Notes under the pieces: generated by a model | Database searches by the model: none | What the model saw: only the letters and a program-made list of their open reading frames with translations | Told to the model about the DNA's origin: nothing | Program-made: the position numbers and the translations under genes | In this document: positions 60,658 through 64,000 of the stretch, piece by piece | How positions within the stretch are numbered: position 1 is the stretch's first letter | Layout of the letters: each line of letters begins with the position of its first letter | Assembly: GCA_048128005.1 (NCBI GenBank) | Contig: JBEUKZ010000070.1 | Location: 310,001-374,000 of the forward strand | DNA from: Veleropilina oligotropha | Lineage: Eukaryota | DNA: 64,000 nucleotides | Direction: 5' to 3'

Positions 60658-63600
60658 CAACCGCAAATCCTCGTTTTCGGTTACATTCCAGACACGTTAA
60701 GTGCATGTTGTCGCGGATGTGGCCCCTGCTATTGTCCACACGGTCGACACTGAACTGCTGTGTGTCTTTGGGCTGGTAGGCCCAGAGCAGCTCTATGTTG
60801 CATGCTGCGCAGCGGTTGTTTTGGGCGTCTTTGAGCTGCAGGATGTCGTCGACCTTGAGGTTAAATCCCGGGAGTTCCTTGGCCTGGTCCTGGCGTTTGT
60901 ACGCCACAAGCTTTTTCTGGATGGTCTTTCGGAGCTGTTGCTCGGTTTGCGGCGGGGGCCTGTCCTCAGCACCCTCATCCGGAGGACAGGTTACCCGTTC
61001 GAGCTGATGCAGCAGCTCCACCCGGGACACGGCTAGGTAGGCGAGATTACTCCACTGAAGGTAGTCGTCGATGATCCAGACTTTCTGCGGGTCGTGAATC
61101 GTAAGACCCTGGCTCGAATGGATGGTGAGAGCATAGCCCAGGCGCCAATCCGGGGTCAGGATAGCCCGCTCAGCGCCCTCAATCGTGACCTCGACGATGT
61201 CGTTCAGAACTAGCTCCTGTCTTTCGTCGGTGCCCGGAATCGCTACCATGATGTTTTGCTTACGGGTGTCCCTGGGGTGGTACAGGATAGGTACCGGGGA
61301 GTCTGGGAAGTGCTCCTTGTGCCTCTGGAGCAACAGCTCTTGAGCCCGTTCGCGGACCTTCTGACGGCTTGTGAGGATTAGGTCGCCTGGCTTCCAGGTG
61401 TTGACGAACCGGTCCCATCCAAGGCAGCTGGGGAGCGTCCGTCGCATCTCGTCGCACTGGACTTTGTCGGGCTGGAGACGTATACGTCTTTTCAGGGCTT
61501 GGAGGGCAGGGTCGTCTTTCGCCCTGTAGTCTACTTCGATCTCTTCATAGTAGTCCGCAGTCTTTCGCAGCCAATCGTGTGGCATCTCACCCGTAATTGG
61601 TGGTGGCTGGCCTTGATCGCCACAGCAGATAACCTGCACTTCGTGGCGGCCCAGCCAGTCCAAGAACATCTCTAGAATAGGTCGGGGAACAGTACAAACC
61701 TCGTCCCAGATAATGACGCGCGGGATGAACTTCTGACCCATGCGATCAGGCGTCCAGTCATTCTGGCCGCTCCATCGGAAGAAGCTGTGGTAGGTCTGGG
61801 CTTTGACGCCTCTGGTCCGCATCTCTTTAGCGAGGCGGTGGGTTGGTGTGAACACGACGGGGTTTCTTGCCCGAAAGAGCTCTATAGCTCTCGTAGTCTT
61901 GCCACAGCCCCCTCCACCGTTGAGGTAACTCAGGCGATGGTGGGTCAGTGTGTCGTTGTAGCATGGCGCGGTGCTCGGCTGGCTGGAATTGGCGGCACAA
62001 CAATACTCTGGCTTGGGCAGGTATGCGGCATGTTCCTGTGGCATATACACAGCCCTCGGAATTAAGGTCGGCATTCGGCAATGCCGACCTCGTTGCCGAC
62101 CTGCAAGCGTACGAGGTCGGCAAAAAGTTGCCGACCTCGATTTATCTTGCTAAAAGGTCTGTTCATATATATTATACTAATTACAATATTTATTCATAAC
62201 TTGTTAAGTTGTATCTCTTTACCTACTTTGTATATTGTGCATCCTGGTTGAAATGTTCACCAATAAATCGTTAACATCACAAGTTTTCAACACAAGCGCT
62301 CCATTCGCACATGTACGCTATTTATAAATTACTAGGTCACGGATTCAAATCGCGTCTCCAAAATAATACGTGCTATGTTTCCAACTTACAATGTGGTAAT
62401 CTTTCTTATGGATAAAATGGCATATAACCAATTTAAGACACCATTTAATGATTAAATATTAAGTTAAATAGATTTAGAGACTTATGAACTTTATCCCAGA
62501 ATTGGGTCTACTTGTACTTAGTATTTATTCAGATTCAGATACGAACACGCAGCGCGTCGGTCGCTGCGGGGTACGCGATTAGTGACCACGGCCAACGGGC
62601 AGAAATAACGTGTACAATTTGACTTAGCAATAAGATTCATGAGCTTGAAACTGCCTGTCATATATTTATTCCACGCGCTTATTGTAAATAAAGATATTTG
62701 CTGATTCTATTGTCACTTTATCATCTACCAAATGGAGATTTAAAAAAAGATTTTGCTACTCAATATTCGTCACGCGAACAGGTGAGGTAAACGGTAACAC
62801 GTGCGCGATGCCGCGTGTGTGGGAGTCTCCCGTTCGCTCAAAATTTAAACAATATCATATGTTGGCTAAATAGCAAATTAATTCAAGATAAATATACAGA
62901 GAAACAATGGTTAAAACATTCTTAAATTATGTATTTAAACAAGATTTAAGCATTGTGTTAACAGAAAACAGTTTTAAAAAATTTGCCGACCTCGTGCCGA
63001 CCTGGTTGGACTTGAGGTCGGCAAAAATATGCCGACCTGGATTTTTCCTAATTGCGAGGGCTGTATACAGCTGTTCGCCCTTGTCACGCCACTGGGCCGG
63101 TGCTACTGTCGGAAGGTACGGCTCCCCGATCAGACATGAGACGCACGATTGGCTGCGACAGTCGCAGAGTCGGGGGGCAACGTACGCCGTGACATCGTCG
63201 AGCTTCTCCAATGAGGCCTTCTTGAGGTAGATGCTGTCAGTGGCTACCCGGATGGCTTCCGCTGCACTGAAACGCTGGACCATGCTCAAGAGGTTTATGT
63301 GGGCATAGGCCAACATGCTGGCCCTCAGGTGGGCGTACTGTGGCTGCGAGCCATCATAGTACGTGAGGATGTGCCCCATAGGGCACCTTTGAGGTGCGCC
63401 GACCAGGGTACCGCTTTGGCGGGTGTCTCGTACCAGGAAGTCGAGCTCTCCCTGGTCAATCACAAGCCTCCGTGTCAATCGTTTACCCTCGGCCTTGGCG
63501 CCTTGGGTGAATTTGCCGATGATACTGCAGCCCTGGTCACGATTCTCCGGAAGCCAGACATCGGTCTGGGCTTTGAACGCGATGATGGCCTCTCGGATCT

Positions 63601-64000
63601 TGAGGCTTTTTAGCAGTCCAGATTCTACGAGGAAGGCGAGCAGCAGGGTTGGTGCCCAGCTATTTTCTGCAAAGTGCTTGCCAAACCAGGCGGGGATGAC
63701 GGGGTGGATGTATTGTGCGAACTCCCACCCCACGACCTCAGCAAACCCGGTGCCGATATCTTCGGGAAGAGGACCGTTAATTGCGACCCGGGTCATGCTG
63801 TGGAGTGGGTGTCCGAATCTTTCGAAATAGGGCTTAGCCTCGCCCTTCCCCAGAAAGCTGGCAGGGTAGCAGGCTTTCATATCGATGCAGCAGACATCGC
63901 CCGTGTCGTAATTCATGGAATTCCAGAGACCGCCGTGGCCATGCTCTACGCAGGCCTTCTGGATATCATCGAGCAGGCCCGCTGGGGTAGGTTTCCAGCC
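60647..64000 (-). pseudogene. Replicase fusion PolB-like + SF1 helicase + HNH, interrupted by a MITE; 5' part outside the window
   Basis: IDMKACYP, IIGKF, VATDSIY; GGGGCGKT, IWDE, GDQGQPPP, TIHSSQGLT, YLAVSR; CAAC...VDRVDNSRGH...N...TCLECN. Confidence 0.85.
62050..63063. mobile_element. Non-autonomous DNA transposon (CAG...CTG TIRs, TATACA TSD) inserted in the replicase gene
   Basis: CAGCCCTCGGAATTA / TAATTGCGAGGGCTG, TATACA at 62044-62049 and 63064-63069, subterminal GCCGACCT repeats, AT-rich core. Confidence 0.88.

Larger units (their letters stand above)
49642..64000. mobile_element. Endogenous Polinton/Maverick-like DNA virus, element 2 (left end approximate, right end outside the window)
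   Basis: Same gene order and orientation as element 1; GGGGGACTAGGG at 49822 matches the element 1 terminus; related repeats extend to ~49642. Confidence 0.9.

Noticed and set aside
16722..64000. Bacterial prophage, contamination, or assembly duplication of one element
   Set aside because: Element 1 has a TSD, lies in a spliced gene and carries a nested LINE; the two copies differ by many synonymous changes and have different replicase arms.

Overview
Eukaryotic, AT-rich, intron-containing genomic DNA, probably from a marine invertebrate (inferred). A host gene for a secreted protein (signal peptide then THFRGGTISW; five phase-consistent exons, 15453-48386, missed by the ORF track) has two related GC-rich endogenous DNA viruses in its introns. 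Element 1 (16722-36395) is complete, with ~165-bp TIRs and a TATAA target duplication. Element 2 (~49642 to >64000) runs off the window. Both are Polinton/Maverick-like, with a putative double jelly-roll major capsid protein, a penton-like minor capsid protein, an A32-like packaging ATPase and an rve integrase. They are atypical in three ways. No protease and no canonical protein-primed PolB are visible. Replication appears to use one PolB-like + SF1 helicase + HNH fusion protein. They carry many membrane or secreted proteins, one starting with adjacent PSAP and LYPxL ESCRT late-domain motifs. Their capsid modules are close relatives, while their integrase/replicase modules are very divergent. 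The window also holds two LINEs with intact ORF2 (one with a 2A-like GDVETNPGP, inserted in the viral secreted-protein gene), a young non-coding LTR element plus a solo LTR, several MITEs, and mini/microsatellites. All family assignments come from motif recognition, not database searches.
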